Below are positions 28,032 to 41,814 of a DNA stretch of 64,000 nucleotides, piece by piece. The DNA lies in NCBI GenBank assembly GCA_028534125.1, contig CM052817.1:97714001-97778000 (forward strand), given 5' to 3'. The stretch is from Lama glama. Taxonomy: Eukaryota. The position numbers and the translations under genes are program-made. Position 1 is the first letter of the stretch, and every line of letters starts with the position of its first letter. The notes under the pieces are model-generated. The model did no database searches and was not told the origin of the DNA. It was given only the letters and a program-made list of their open reading frames with translations.

Positions 28032-28759
28032 TCTTTCTCTGGGCCACAATTTTTAACATTCCGTTAGTGGGACTCATTTTAAAAGTTCAAAATTAGGAGG
28101 CATGCTGAAATGTTGTATACGGTACAAAGGTTGGTGATTGAAGAGTATAGATGGAGGGTTTGGTGAGCAGAATCAACTGAGTTGAGTAGGGAGGCAGGTG
28201 GATAGGAGCGGTCACTAGGAATCCAAAGGGTCTTTCGGGAAGAAAAAAATATATTCTGTCTGGTAAATCTAATGATTTATGTATTGCAGAAACCAAACAA
28301 TTGTGGTGCTGAGCTCTTTTAATCTTTGGAAAACTATAATTGCTATAAATGCTAAGAAAATTTGTAGGTAAGGAGTGTCCTTTTAAAAAAAATTACCTAG
28401 AATTTTATTTAACTAAACAAGTATTATATTGTTAGACAAGAGGGTAAGTCAGCACACGTTCTTGGATTCCTCCATCAGACAAGCCCCCAGATTCCAGAGG
28501 AGATATAAGGAGATTTATGGAGCTCACAGCTCTCATCAGACACTAAAATAAAATCTTTAAGAAACCTGTGGGGAGGCAGAAGACAATTGGGTCTTGGTGT
28601 GAAGGTGGAAGATATAGACCTGGTGGGAGAGATACTCAGGGCTCTCAAGGGGAACTGGCTGAGAAAGAGCTCTCCGGTGGTGCCCTTTCCTGTTCTTCAT
28701 GTGTCCCTGGGCAAGTCACTGTCCTGCCTGTTCTAACTGTGGGACAGGAGAGCCACCGT

Positions 28760-29034
28760 GCCAGGCGGCAGGCATGGGGAAGACACCACGGTCATGGCAG
28801 TGCTTGGACCTGGCTGGGTGAAGAGCACAGTACAGGCTGCCCTGTGCAGGGAAGGGCACTGAGGAGCATTTTCTCCTTGCCCCACTGGCCTGTCTACCCT
28901 ATGGGTGTGCAACCATGAGAAGGGCTACAACTATTACCCAGTTCATTGAAAAATGTTGACTAAAGAGAGGAATCATACAAATTCACTGCTGTACCTCAAA
29001 TGTACTATTAATTATAAACATACACAGGTGCATT
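28760..29034 (+). repeat. Left arm of ~275-bp long inverted repeat
   Basis: Matches the reverse complement of 33627-33900 by manual alignment. Confidence 0.95.
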
Positions 29035-29639
29035 ATAATCATACGAGGCTAAAGCTTTTCCTTTGAACATAGGTCTCCAGATAAGAGTTCTATCAACTGT
29101 CTTGCATAAGCCACACTCCTATGAATGTGTATCATTTCAAGATTTGATTCTTTAAATGGAAGTTAAAGTGGTAAGACATTTGAGAAGCAATCTGAAAGAG
29201 ACTCCCAGATTTTTGTGATTCCTCCCTGTTATTAAAAAAAATAGTTAAGTCACCTATAATTTGGGTGAATTATTTTTGAAAAAACCCTCAGAACTATTGT
29301 TTTCTTTTCCCCCAATCTTATTTTCATAGGAATAAGTTTTTGTCCCTTTGTCATTTGTATTAATTTGCATAATATTTAATTATGTTCAATGATAATAGTA
29401 AGTGACATGAATAGGTCTGGGGACAAATCAAACTAATCTGAGTAGTTGTACTCAGTTGCTGGAAGTGGCAGTTCATGGCAGGGGAGTAGCCTCCTAGTTC
29501 AGAGCATTCAGTATGTTGTGGGTACCTGTTAACTTTTCAGAGAAAACAGCTGGAGTCAATTTTCTTTAGGTGTTTGTTTAAACTGATGTTGCCTTTTATA
29601 TTAGCCACCGTAGCTGCTTGTCCCAAGGAAATAAGAGAT

Positions 29640-31960
29640 GAATGTAGGGAAAAAAATAATAAGGCTTATGTGGAGAGCAAGCATTATTTTAAAAAAGGCA
29701 ACACACAGAGCAACTTAAAACAGAAGAAATAAAAATTATAGAATATATGAAATAAAAATACAGAAAATGAACTTAATAAATGTCCTGAGATGGACAGGAA
29801 AGCAGAGCAAATTCAGGAAAAAGAGTTGTATAAAAGAAACAAATGGGGATGTCTGATATAAAATATTTAATTGTCAATGTAACACACAAGATGAGTTGAA
29901 TAAAAGAGTGGATATAAACAAATCATAATACAATGTTGATACTTAAAGCATCGATAAAGAATGAAGAAATAGTAGAACAAGAGAAAGTTAACAAATGTGG
30001 AAGATAAAATTGTCTACATACATTAGAAGGGAAAAACAATAAAGAAGAGAATAACTGAAAAATAATGACCATTATTTACCTAGAAATAAAGCAAATTATA
30101 AAACTTCAGCTAGAAAAGCGACAGAGAATGCTAAGAAGAAAAGATACAGGGAAAAAAATCCTACATATTAGAGTAAATTTTTATACCATAAAACTCAAAG
30201 ACAAACTTAAAGTTTCCGAGAAACAGAGCAGATCAGCTACAAAGTAGTAAGTATCACATTGATAGCAGACTTCCCAGCAGGACTACTGGAAACAGGAAGA
30301 TAATATCTTGAAGGGAAGGCATTTTGAATATTAGACTTCTATAGTCAAATAAACTATTGTTTAAATACCAAGATGAAATAAACATATCTCCAGACATGTA
30401 TGTTTTAGGTAGTTCACCTCACAGGGACACTTTTAAAAAAAGTCAAAGAGCATACTTTAATCAGAAAAGATGTGAATCTGGAAGCAATAGATAATACATG
30501 GAAAATAAGGACAAGTTTATTATATAAAAACAAGCAACACAAAAAATATATAGCCACAAAAATCTAAAAATAAAATTCTAGTTAACAGAAGAGAAATGAG
30601 TATGTTCCTGGTAATAGGTCAGGGGGAGGTGTGAGGTTGTAGAAGTTTTTCTCTTGTTTGTGGCTGAGATGAAATTATTTATGAACTTCAGCAGAACTGA
30701 GGGGAAAAAAAAACCTCCATGAGTTTTATATAATAAGTACCCAACAAAAGAATAAAAATAGGTTATAAAACTATTAAAAATAATAGAAAAAAATAGTGTA
30801 AAATTATTGTAAAATAAAATATAAAATAAGATGGCACAAAACAGGCCTAATGTATCAGTAATTAACAATAAATGTATGTGGTTTAAACTCACCATTCACC
30901 ATTCAAAAACTAAGATTCAGATTAACTTATCAAAATATACCAAGATCTTCCAATACATTACCTAAAAAAGAAAAAAAATTAAAAATTAAATAGGGTACAG
31001 AAAATTTGAATATAAACAAATATAAAGGCAAATATGAATAAAAAGAAAGCTGGGGAGTAATTTTAGAAATGGCAAATATAACTTAAGGCTTAAAATGTAA
31101 AAGGAAATAAGAGGGAGGTTATATGCAGAAAACAAAACAGTAATAAAGATGTATACATCTATTAATATAGCCTCAGAATACAAAAAGCAACAAAATGAAA
31201 AGTATAAATATGGTTATGTCAATAATTTTCATTGGAGAATTTAATTGATAGAACCAGATAGGGGGAAAAGAACAGCATAGAAGACTGGAATAATAGTATC
31301 ATATTGTATGTGAATTTACATATATTTATGTAATATTTCACCCCAAAAAAGAGAATATGTTGTTTTTGAGCTCACAAAAATTGACCAGTATTAATCCAAA
31401 AATTAAACTTAATGCCCTCCAGAGAGTTAATACTATGCATATAATATACTTAGAGAAGAATAAAATTTAAACTTTATAACAAAAATATAGCTAAAATATT
31501 TTGTGTATTTGAAACTATAAACATAATTTATACATTACATAACTCAAAGAGAAAATCATATGCAAAATTATTAATTATACAGATATGAAAAGAACACATG
31601 TCAAGATTTGTGAAATGCAGTTAAATTATTATGAAAAGCAACTTTTCTGACATTACATATATTTATCAAAAAGCAGATAACAATGACAACAAAAAAACAA
31701 AAGCAAAGGAGCCAAATATTCAACTCAAGCTGGTTGAAATGAGCATCAAAATAAATCCAAAGAAAAAAGAAAGAAGCAATAGACAAGGGAAGAAATCAAT
31801 AAAATGGGAAATAGCAAAAGCAATACCAACATAAAAGGTATAAAAAGGAAACAAGTGGCAAATAACTAGTAGAAGCAGAAACTTAAAACCAGAGTTCAGA
31901 ACATTGAACTATGAATTATGAACACTGGTTTATGTCAATAATTCAGGAAGCCTAGATCAA
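29640..31960 (+). mobile_element. Ancient L1 (ORF1/ORF2 region) remnant
   Basis: A-rich, 'atagcagacttcccagcaggactactggaaacaggaaga', 'cctaatgtatcagtaattaacaataaatgtatgtggtttaaactc' (ORF2 start-like). Confidence 0.7.
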
Positions 31961-33626
31961 ATATATAAAATATATGAGTTTGTTATGATTTTCATGTGTA
32001 ATTTAAGCATTTTATGCTTTTTTTAAACTTGGAAGCTTGCATTGGTTGGATATACCATTTCACTTTGATCCAAGATCATGGTAATTTGCCAAGCCTGCTT
32101 TTGGGAGCAAAGTAGCTCAGCCTTTGGGTCATAACCCTAACCTCTTAGGGTTTACAAGTGAAGACAGATGGCCTTACTATGTTAAAACAGCTCCTGGTTA
32201 AATAGTGTATCCAGAGGATACTAAGCAATGCTGGTAAATAAATGACAAAGTGAATTATATAATTATGGGAAAAAATCACAGACAAAAGCCCCACCGTCTT
32301 TGAGGGCCAAGGACTCGTCAGGGAAGCAATGTGAACTCAGAGCAACCCAATCATATACGGTCATCTCACGTTTCAGGTGGCGGGGGTGTGAGTGTTTTAT
32401 TAATTACTGACTAGACTGAGTAGGATGTGTCTGGGCACTCTGAGCTTTAAAGTGACTTTCTGATTTTTTGTGGGACCCTGTGGACCACACTTCCCTGGAT
32501 CCACACTGTTTCGGGCTCTCTAGCTTTGATAATCGGAAAGAGTTCTGAGTGACTTTCTGCTGATATCAGTAACTTGGCTTGACTACTAAGGGATTCAGGC
32601 TCTCCATGGAGGTGGCAGAATTTATAATTCTCTAAATAAGTCCTTTTTTATACTCCAGAGAGCTGAAGGGATGTATCTTACACCAGAGGAAAATGGTAAC
32701 ATTTCTGAAAAAGATTGGCATGTAGTACTTCTTAAAATAATTGTGACTTGTAGATAGAATGCCTAATGGAGGAAAACGTTATTTGTTCTCTTCTAAAGCC
32801 TGTGTGAGAATATCCATCCATTATTTAATAAGCTGTTTACTAGGGTAGTGCCATTATTTTACATTTATGTAAAATATGCCCAGTCAAATAAACCTCTGGC
32901 ACGTTTATAAAGCTAAACACCAAATTAGAACAAAAATAGGATCATCTGTATCTGAATATTCAAAAGTAGCTAGAGATAATAAAATAATAATCTCTAATGA
33001 TAACTGGCCTTGTTAGCTGATTGGTTCTGGCTACACAAAAGCATGCTATTCCCAAGAAGGAGATTCTTCAGTTCTTTTCATTTTGACCTGGTTGTCTTCC
33101 GAGTTGATTTGAGTCTGGATTCAGCACTACCAGAAAGCTGTTATGAATACCAGCCTCATTTGGCTTCATGTTTGGGTCCATGGCTTTTAGAGAAAAACTG
33201 GATGACAAATGAGTTCAGGGGTTGAGTAGTCCATTCTCTCTAACTCATAATCTTACCTGATAAAACCTGATTTATATGCAAGGAATGAAGTAGAATTCAT
33301 TTCTTTACCACACCTTGAACTTAATCTTTCATCACATATGACTTGGAATTTGAAGCCTAAAGAATGTATTTTTCTTCCAAAACCTGGTACCTTTCATAGT
33401 ACTCCTCTATTTCATATTTTACTATAATGGAACATCTGAGGACAGCCACTCTGCTTTAGGTTAATGGACTTGGTAGATAGACTGATGGTACTATGGAGTA
33501 CTTCCTTGTTAGAGGAAGATGTATTTTTTACCTTCATGTAGAAAATGAATGTTGTCTTTTTGTAGTACAAGAAAGTAATTATATAACAACTTAAAGGAGG
33601 GTTGAGGATGATTAAATTTGTTAATA

Positions 33627-33900
33627 AATGCACCTGTGTATATTTGTAATTAATAGCATATTTGAGGTACAACACTAAATTTGTATGATTCCCTCTTTAC
33701 TCAATGTTTTTCAATGAACTGAATGATGGTTGTAGCCTTTCTCATGGTTGCACACCTATAGGGTAGACAGGCCAGTGGGGCAAGGAGAAAATGCTCCTCA
33801 GCGCCCTGCCCTGCACAGGGCAGCCTGTACTGTGCTCTTCACCCAGCCAGGTCCAAGCACTGCCATGACCATGGTGTCTTCCCCATGCCTGCCGCCTGGC
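33627..33900 (-). repeat. Right arm of ~275-bp long inverted repeat
   Basis: Reverse complement of 28760-29034. Confidence 0.95.
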
Positions 33901-34834
33901 GTGTTTGGAAATTATTAAGGCTTAAAATCAATCACCCCAAATTGGAACAGCTTGCACAGACAAAGATTACAGTGGCTTCTATATAATGCCTCCCTCATTC
34001 ATTCACTCACTTACTCAACTTATTTATTTAATATTTACAGAGCACCAACTATATTGGCAATACTGGGCTGCCTTTTAATCCTCCAAACAATCCTGTGGAC
34101 TTGCTGTTATCCACATTTGAGCGATACAGTGTATGTTTCTATGTGAGTCCTATGCATTGCTTTGTAATGGGGTTGATCTTATTGATGTTTCTGTTTATTC
34201 AGTTTTTCTTAGGGCTTCAGAATTATGGTGCCTATGAGGTCATGAGCGTTAAACAATGCTGTACTTTGAATGGATAGCTGCGTGCTCTCGAAGTACCTAG
34301 TATGTAAAAGGCAATAGATGTTTCACTGGATTTAGCAGACATAAAGGTTGGCAAAAAATGCTTTGTGCAGCAGACAACTATGAATAGCATGCGTACTAGT
34401 AGTTATATAAGGAAATAGAAGAGATATCTAGAAAAGGCCACTTAAAATATTAAAGAAATAATGAGCTTTCTTCCATGCTCCATTGAAAATTAAATGCCTA
34501 TGTAAGTCACTTTAAATAAAATTCCAGTTGTAGCAAATATCATTTGGTTAATTAGTTAGATTTCTATCACGGCAAGAGTCCCACTGACTGGGAGTTGCTG
34601 GTCTACTTGACCATCTCTTCCTCTAAACTGAGCTCCTTAGAACGTTTGTCTTTCCCTTTGTGCCTTTCCAGCATTAAGCACAGTACTAGGCACCTAGTAA
34701 GTATTCAATATAATTTTAAAAAATTGTTGAGTGGCTCAATCTCTAGATCTATCAATGTAAATTTTTAAAGATTATTTTCCTGGCTGTGGGCAGTGCCCTT
34801 CAGAAGTCATTATCTAAAAGAGTGCCTTTTTGAG

Positions 34835-35745
34835 TTAATATCTAAAATATATATAGAACTCATACAACTCAACAACAAAAAAAATCAAACGATTAATTGA
34901 AAAATGGGCAGAGGAGCTGAATAGACATTTTTCCAAAATAGACATACTGATGACCAACAGGCACATGAAAAGATGTTCAACATTACTAAATATTAGGGAA
35001 ATGCAAATCAAAACCACTATAAGATAACATCTCATGCTTGTTAGAATGGATATTATCAAAAAAAAAAAGCAAGAAATAACAAGTGTTGGTGAGGATATAG
35101 ATAAAAGGGAACACTCATACACTGCTGGTGGGGATGTAAATTGGTGCAGCCACTACGGAAAACAGTATGGAGATTCCTCAAAAAATTAAACTAGAACTAC
35201 CATACATATGATCCAGCTATCCTACTTCTGGGTATTTATTCAAAGACTATGAAAACACTAATTTGAAAAGAGATATGCACCCCTATGTTCATTGCAGCAT
35301 TATTTACAATAGCTAATATGGACACAATCTATGTGACCATCAGCAGATAAATAGGTAAAGAAGGTGTGGTAAATATATACAATGGAATTCAGCCATAAAA
35401 AGGATGAATTTTTCCCATTTGCAGCAACATGAATGGAACTCGAGGTTATTATGCTAAGTGGAATAAGTCAGATGGAGAAAACAAATATCATACCATATGA
35501 TTTCACTCATATGTGGAATATAACAACAAACAAGCAGAAAACCAAAATAAACAAACCAGGTCAAACAAAAACAGAGACCCAGAGAAGAGAGCAGACGTTA
35601 CCAGAGGGAAGGGGTGGCTGGGGGTTGGTGAGGACATTGTAATGTATACAGAAGTAGAAATGTAATGCTGTGCACATGAAACATACAATGTTATAAACCA
35701 ATGTTAGCACAATAAAAAATTAATACACAAGTAAACAAACAAAAA
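34835..35745 (+). mobile_element. 5'-truncated L1 (ORF2 end + 3' UTR)
   Basis: 'aaaaatgggcagaggagctgaatagacatttttcc', 'atgtaaattggtgcagccactacggaaaacag', AATAAA and A-rich tail. Confidence 0.92.
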
Positions 35746-38700
35746 TGTTTTTGTATACATATACTGAAAAAAACAAACTGTATTCACCTAACTGAACTTC
35801 CGTGGAGAAAATGGGTTGTATTGAGTTCAAAAAAATTCCACTTTCACCAAGTTATTTATCACAAAAACTCAGTAAAGAATATTCAACTATAAACAAAATA
35901 AGTGCACCTGGACCACCAGATAGGTGGTCACTATCTCTTTTCTTTGTGTTAGTGTGTGTGCGTGTGCATCTGCGTGTGTGTGTGTGTGTAGAATAAGATC
36001 TACTCTCTTAGCTTATTTCAATTATATAATATAATTATACTTCGTATTTCAAATATAATATATAATTACACCTCCTTTCTTACATTGCTTTTGCAATATA
36101 CCCAAATGACCCAATCTGGACAGCCTATCACATTTCATCCTGAAATAATTTGCTACAAAAAATAACTTTCCTGGGTTTGACTGAGTGGAATGAGAGCAGA
36201 GTGACCAGATGGAGAAAAACTTCTTAAAAGGTACCATTCCTCCCTCTTCCCAAGATGCTTTATGTCACAGATTCACAAGCACGTCTCACCTTGAGAGAAT
36301 ACAGCTCAAGTACTATTTCCACTTTCACAAGGCTGGGGCAAGGAAGGATCTAAAATGATGTAGCAGTTTGTATTCTTACCTCTCCTATTCAGTTAGACTG
36401 GTGCAATTACAAGGGCAAGAAATGATCCATGCTACTGCTAAATGCAATACGCATCTACCAAAATGCCTCAAATCTGATATTAATCACAAACTTTTTACTG
36501 ATGCTTCAGTGAAGGTTGCAGACTTGTAATGTGAAGAGTGGGTCAGTTGTGGGTCTTGTCAACATGGTGCTGGTGACAGACTTCGTTACACGTAAAAAGA
36601 AAAAATAGCTTTAGAACATTTCAAATGTGTTGGGTGAACAGACATAAACAAAAAGAGATTGACATCCTTGTTGCTATACCTTATGTATTCAAAAGACTCT
36701 TTCCATTCATGGGGGGGAATAAAACCCCAGAGTTCATTATGTATTTATGAAAAACAAAATTACCTATTCATAAAAATCAAAAGCAATATGTTTTGCTTAT
36801 ATCAACGGGTAAAATTAATACAACTTTTCCTATAATAGTTCATTTGCTCTGACATGATTTTGAATCTCAGAACAAAATGTCAAGAAGAGTTATAAATTGG
36901 AATAAGAGATAAAATTCTTCAAGTAAATTATTTTCTCTACAGAGTCATAGGAATCAATTATTTATTATTCATGGAAATGTTAGCACATCTAATTTATACA
37001 GGGGCTTTCCATCTTTACTTATTGATTCACCTACAGGGCATGCCCCTATTGTAAACATCAAGGTACATTATTATTATTGCTGGCACTACCTATTAATAAC
37101 TGGATATTGGAGCTGTGCTTCCAGTGACATGCTTAATCTGCTTTTGATTAAACCAAGCCTTCAATTCTTCTTGGATAATATTTCCTTGAGTCATACTTTT
37201 GAATATTAAGAGCAACAACCTTTCTCTTCTTTCCCTCAGGTTCCTTTACATTTGTCCCTGTCTTGTAAAAATGACTGGAGGTGTATTGAAACTGCATGGT
37301 GGTCAGTCTTGCAGACATCTGTGTTCCCTTCTCAGAACAGGCAGTGATAGAGAAGGCAACTTCCTACTAATGAGACAGCCCTTCATAGGATTGTCCAATT
37401 TCCAAACTTGCTCCTGCTACCAAGGCTGTTAATTGGTACCAGCTATGACAGCTTGTGGCCTGATTGGACTCTTGTTCAACACAAATAATCATTAGCTGCT
37501 AATGACTTTAAATCACTCGTGAACAAGGCAGAGATTGACCCTGCGACCTAAATGTTCCAGGGGATACTCAGAAGTTAAGTGGTCTCCTGTAATGAATAGA
37601 GCTGTGTGTCTGGATTGGGAACTGAGATTGGTTTTCTTAGACACAAAAATAACTTCTTTGAATAAATAATGTATGATATTGGGATCTCAATTTAGTTAAT
37701 TAAAAAAATGAATGTTTAACCTGCTGTAGTATATTGTGTGGAATTAAATTAGTGCTGCAGAGAAAAGCCATGTAGGAAACGAATGAAATACTTCCTACAG
37801 ATTTTGTTTGCATCTTTGTAGGTTTTAGGATTTGTCACTTTTCTTTTTCTTTCCATAGTGATTAGGATGGTTAATTCCTTCTGTAATCTCTACATAATGG
37901 GTCACTTAAGATTCACTTGGCTGAAAGTGGAATCAATCAATGGAAAATGAAAAATGACTCCCTCAAGGCATTTGAAAGATAAAGAAATGATGAGTTGCTG
38001 ATAGAGTTCTTTATATATTTTAGATGTATTTAATATTTTGTATAACAGTTACTGAATTTACATGTATAATGATGCCTAGAGACAGACCCTTAAGAATGAC
38101 CTTAAAACACACCAGAATTAAATAGAACAGAGATTGGATTTAATAAGATGAAAGTTTCTAATGTAGCATCAGGAATATAAAGAATAAAAATGTAAGAAAT
38201 ATACAAGCATTATAATAAATAAAATATTTGAGACCTCCCAATGATATCGCTGGCTAATTTACTATAGCACTACTCCATGCTTTAACTTCTAAACAAACTG
38301 TTAGGACACATGAATTGGCAATGGGCTGAGAGTAAGAGCCTTGGGTTCCATTTTTATTTTATTTGTCACTCACTTGTTGCATAACAATATCCAAAACAGT
38401 CAGTGCACAGAACCCCTCAAAGATGGGCAATTATTGCCATTCTGCCAATGGTGACACTGAAGATATATGGTTGTCATCATACTTGTCAATAGCCAATGAA
38501 TGGTATTTACAAACACCAGACATGTATTTTCCCAATTGAAAATTTACTTTTAAGAAATAATAATCGCCACTCTCCTTTGCTAAGATTCCCTGTAAATATG
38601 TATCATTTGTTAAGAGATTATCATATGTGGGATTGGTGTAACAATTATTAGTCTCAACTGGAAGATCATGTGGAACAAATAAAAGTGGAATGACTTGGAA

Positions 38701-41700
38701 ATTTGCCTTGCTTCTTTTGGAATGATAGCTTAGGGAGAGTTAGAGATGGGAAATAGGAATTCTTAGTTTTTTTCAGAATTGAATTCAGTGATTTTGATAT
38801 TCTTGGATGAAGAAGGTGAAGTTTAGAATTTTTATGGTAACATTAAGTGTGTGTTCTCAGCTTGAAGTGTTTTATTTTAACTGGCTCAACCAAGTTGTAA
38901 CTTTTCTATACCAACTGGTTAAATTCTGCTTATGACAAGAAGATGCTTAATATAGTAGTAAAAACTTATATTTATTGGGTGTCTGCCATGTCCCAAGAAT
39001 TCAGCTAGGTACTTTCACATATATTATCTCATTTTCACAAAACACAGTCCAAATTGATGGAGAAATGAAAAGCCAAATGGAAATGTATCTCAACTCTCGC
39101 GAAGCATGGGGTTGGTTCTTGGCAAAGTTGTCGCTGTTTATCTTGGGTCTTTCCAGTCTCCTTTATTCTCCATTCTTTCCTAAATCCTTGCCCTATGAAT
39201 ACCTGCTCTAAAGAAAGAAGATGATATTGGCCATTTGCATCTTATGAATATTTAAGCAACATCAAAGACAAAAGCCCAAGAAGTTTTAATGCCATTATAT
39301 AAATAAGAACAATAGCTTATTTTAGGATAAAGCCCTGGGGGCTCCCGAATGCATAAGAATCTGGAATTCTCTGAGATACTGAGACTAAGAATCACAGGTG
39401 CATGCAAGAACTTCAGTTTGGGGGCCTGGGAAAAGAAATCACAGTTTCCTCAGTCGTAGGTAAAATGATGGAATCTCAGACAGATTCCACAGGAGAACTT
39501 TATTATTCTTGCAAGCCTCAGGACCCAAAGTATGAATGATGAAATTAGTGGCAAATCAAAGAGCAAGAACACTTTCAGAATTTTTCTTCTTTCATGAGGA
39601 AACTCTAAATATGTGTGTCCTTGGGCGTGAGTGGTGTGAGTGTGTGTGCTTATGTCTGTATGCCCATGTCTGTGAGCTTGCGTCTGTGCATTGGTGTGCA
39701 TGTGCACGATTTCTCAGAAAGAAACAGCACATACAATGCAAAGACCGTGCTAGTTGTCACTGAGTGATAACACTCCAACGGAACAGATAGAAATTTTATT
39801 AAACTTTAGCCCTTTTGTGGATAAGTCCACGGCGGGTTAGAGTCAAACAAGAAAAAATGAAGCAAACACTCAAACAAAGTTATGGGTGTGAGAGATAGGG
39901 AAGGAAAAACAAAGGAAAGAATCATCCTAAAATTGTCAGTTTCAAGCCAGCGAAATGTGATCAGGGCCATAAAAGAGTCTAAGGTGTGACAAAGGCAGGA
40001 GTCTAACTGGATAACTGGATGCTTGATAAATCTAGCCGGACCCCCTTTCTATCTGTAAACTGGGGCTAATCTTTGAAAAGAAACGTGGGCCTCTGGTTGC
40101 TTAGATTCTTCTTCTAGGATCAGTGCTATAATCCAGGTGAGTTGAGGGAAATTGGCAGAGGTTCTGTGGCGAAAATAAAGGTAGGTTTTTATGCAACAGG
40201 TGCTGTAGGTTAAGTAATGGAGTACTGGTTTCTTGGGACAGGATGTACCCCTAGGTACATGCTAGGTTCATCACAGAGAGCGCTTGAAGCATCCACCAGG
40301 GTTACAATCAACAGTTATTAAATCCATTTCCTACTGCAGCTCTCTAAGGTTCATCCCAGGCCCCCTTCCTGACGTGACCTGCCATGAACGTATGGTGTGA
40401 CTCGAAAAGCTTCTCTCAGTGTAATAACAGTACCCTCTTTTCATTATCGCCTTTTTCTCTAGGGCTGGGCATTTTTCCCATCTGGCTCTTGAGAAATCAA
40501 TGCCTGTCCTGGTTCTATCACCTTACTGTTTTAGAGTTGTTATTGTTTGTTGTTGTTGTTGTTATTATTATATATTTATGGATATGAGATCATAGTCATA
40601 ATCGTGGTATGCCCATTGCCAACTTCTTTAACCTCCTTTTGACAGTCTGTACCCACAGAGCCACAGATGCTCTGTGGAAAAAAAAAAGGTGCAGCTTTCG
40701 GAGAGCACTTCAGTGAGATCTCGTGAGCGAGTTGCTAATCAGTGTATTTTCTCTGCATCCTGTTGGATGGTCTTAGTCTTGCTTTCAGCTTATCTGCAAT
40801 ACACTTTATTTATTTATTTTTTTGCATCTTACGACCACACCATCAAATTTCATTTCATGTAACTGCATCTGGAAAGAAAATACCAGTCATCTTCCAGTAA
40901 TTAAATGTGGCTGTTTGATTGCTGATTTATTATCGGGTAAAATCTCAGAATTTCCTTGAGCGTTATTCTAGAATCTAGCCCATGAAAAGTGTTATCACAG
41001 ATATTTTAAAGTTTTGTGGTAAACCTAATGAGATCTCACGATAATTTTGGTGATACCTTATTAAAACTCCCTGTAGTATAATAAAGCCCCAGCAGCCTGC
41101 TTTTAACGGAGGGGAGGAAATTCTCAACTGTAATGTCAACAGCTGCAACCACATTTTATGAAAATGCAGAGACAGTTAGCAAAGCCAAAACAGATACATC
41201 TACTATTACATAAATTATAAATTTACACACACATCTAGATATACACACATACACAGACATATACACACTTGCAGCAGATGAAATTTGCCTTGAAATGAAG
41301 ATAGAGGTTGATGAAGTTTATATCTACCACGCCATCGAGTATTATATATAAATCAATCCCTTCTCCATGCCTCCCTCCCCTTTCCTCCCACTTCCTTTTC
41401 TTCACAGGTCCTTGAGAACCCTCCCACCATCAGTATTCTCACCTCTGATTGGTTTGTCCCTCCTGCTACTATTTCCTTTGATATCAGAAGTCCTGCCCTG
41501 TCCCCGCCATAACTCCTAGAACTGCTCTTCCCTATGTCTGAAGTCACAAGGCTATAAAACCTGCTATAGAGAGGGCTGGGGCAGCAGTAACCCCGCCTAC
41601 CCATAAGTCCAAACCACTAGACATGGAACCAGCTTCTGAAAGTTGATTCTTCCTTCACACTTGCACAAGTATTATACATATAACACTAGAGGGGTGTTCT

Positions 41701-41814
41701 GCCTGGGGTCTATCTACTGGGTCTCCAGTGCCAACTGATGTTTTATCCATAGGGGGTTTTACTTGTTGATGAAACAAGGAAAGTGATAAGAATTCCTGAA
41801 TATCATTCTTAATG

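Noticed and set aside
28760..33900. IR arms as terminal inverted repeats of an autonomous DNA transposon
   Set aside because: No TSD outside the arms, no transposase remnant visible, and the termini do not match hAT, Tc1/mariner or piggyBac ends I know
41400..41560. C-rich stretch vaguely resembling mitochondrial COX sequence (NUMT)
   Set aside because: No sustained alignment or mitochondrial reading frame could be established
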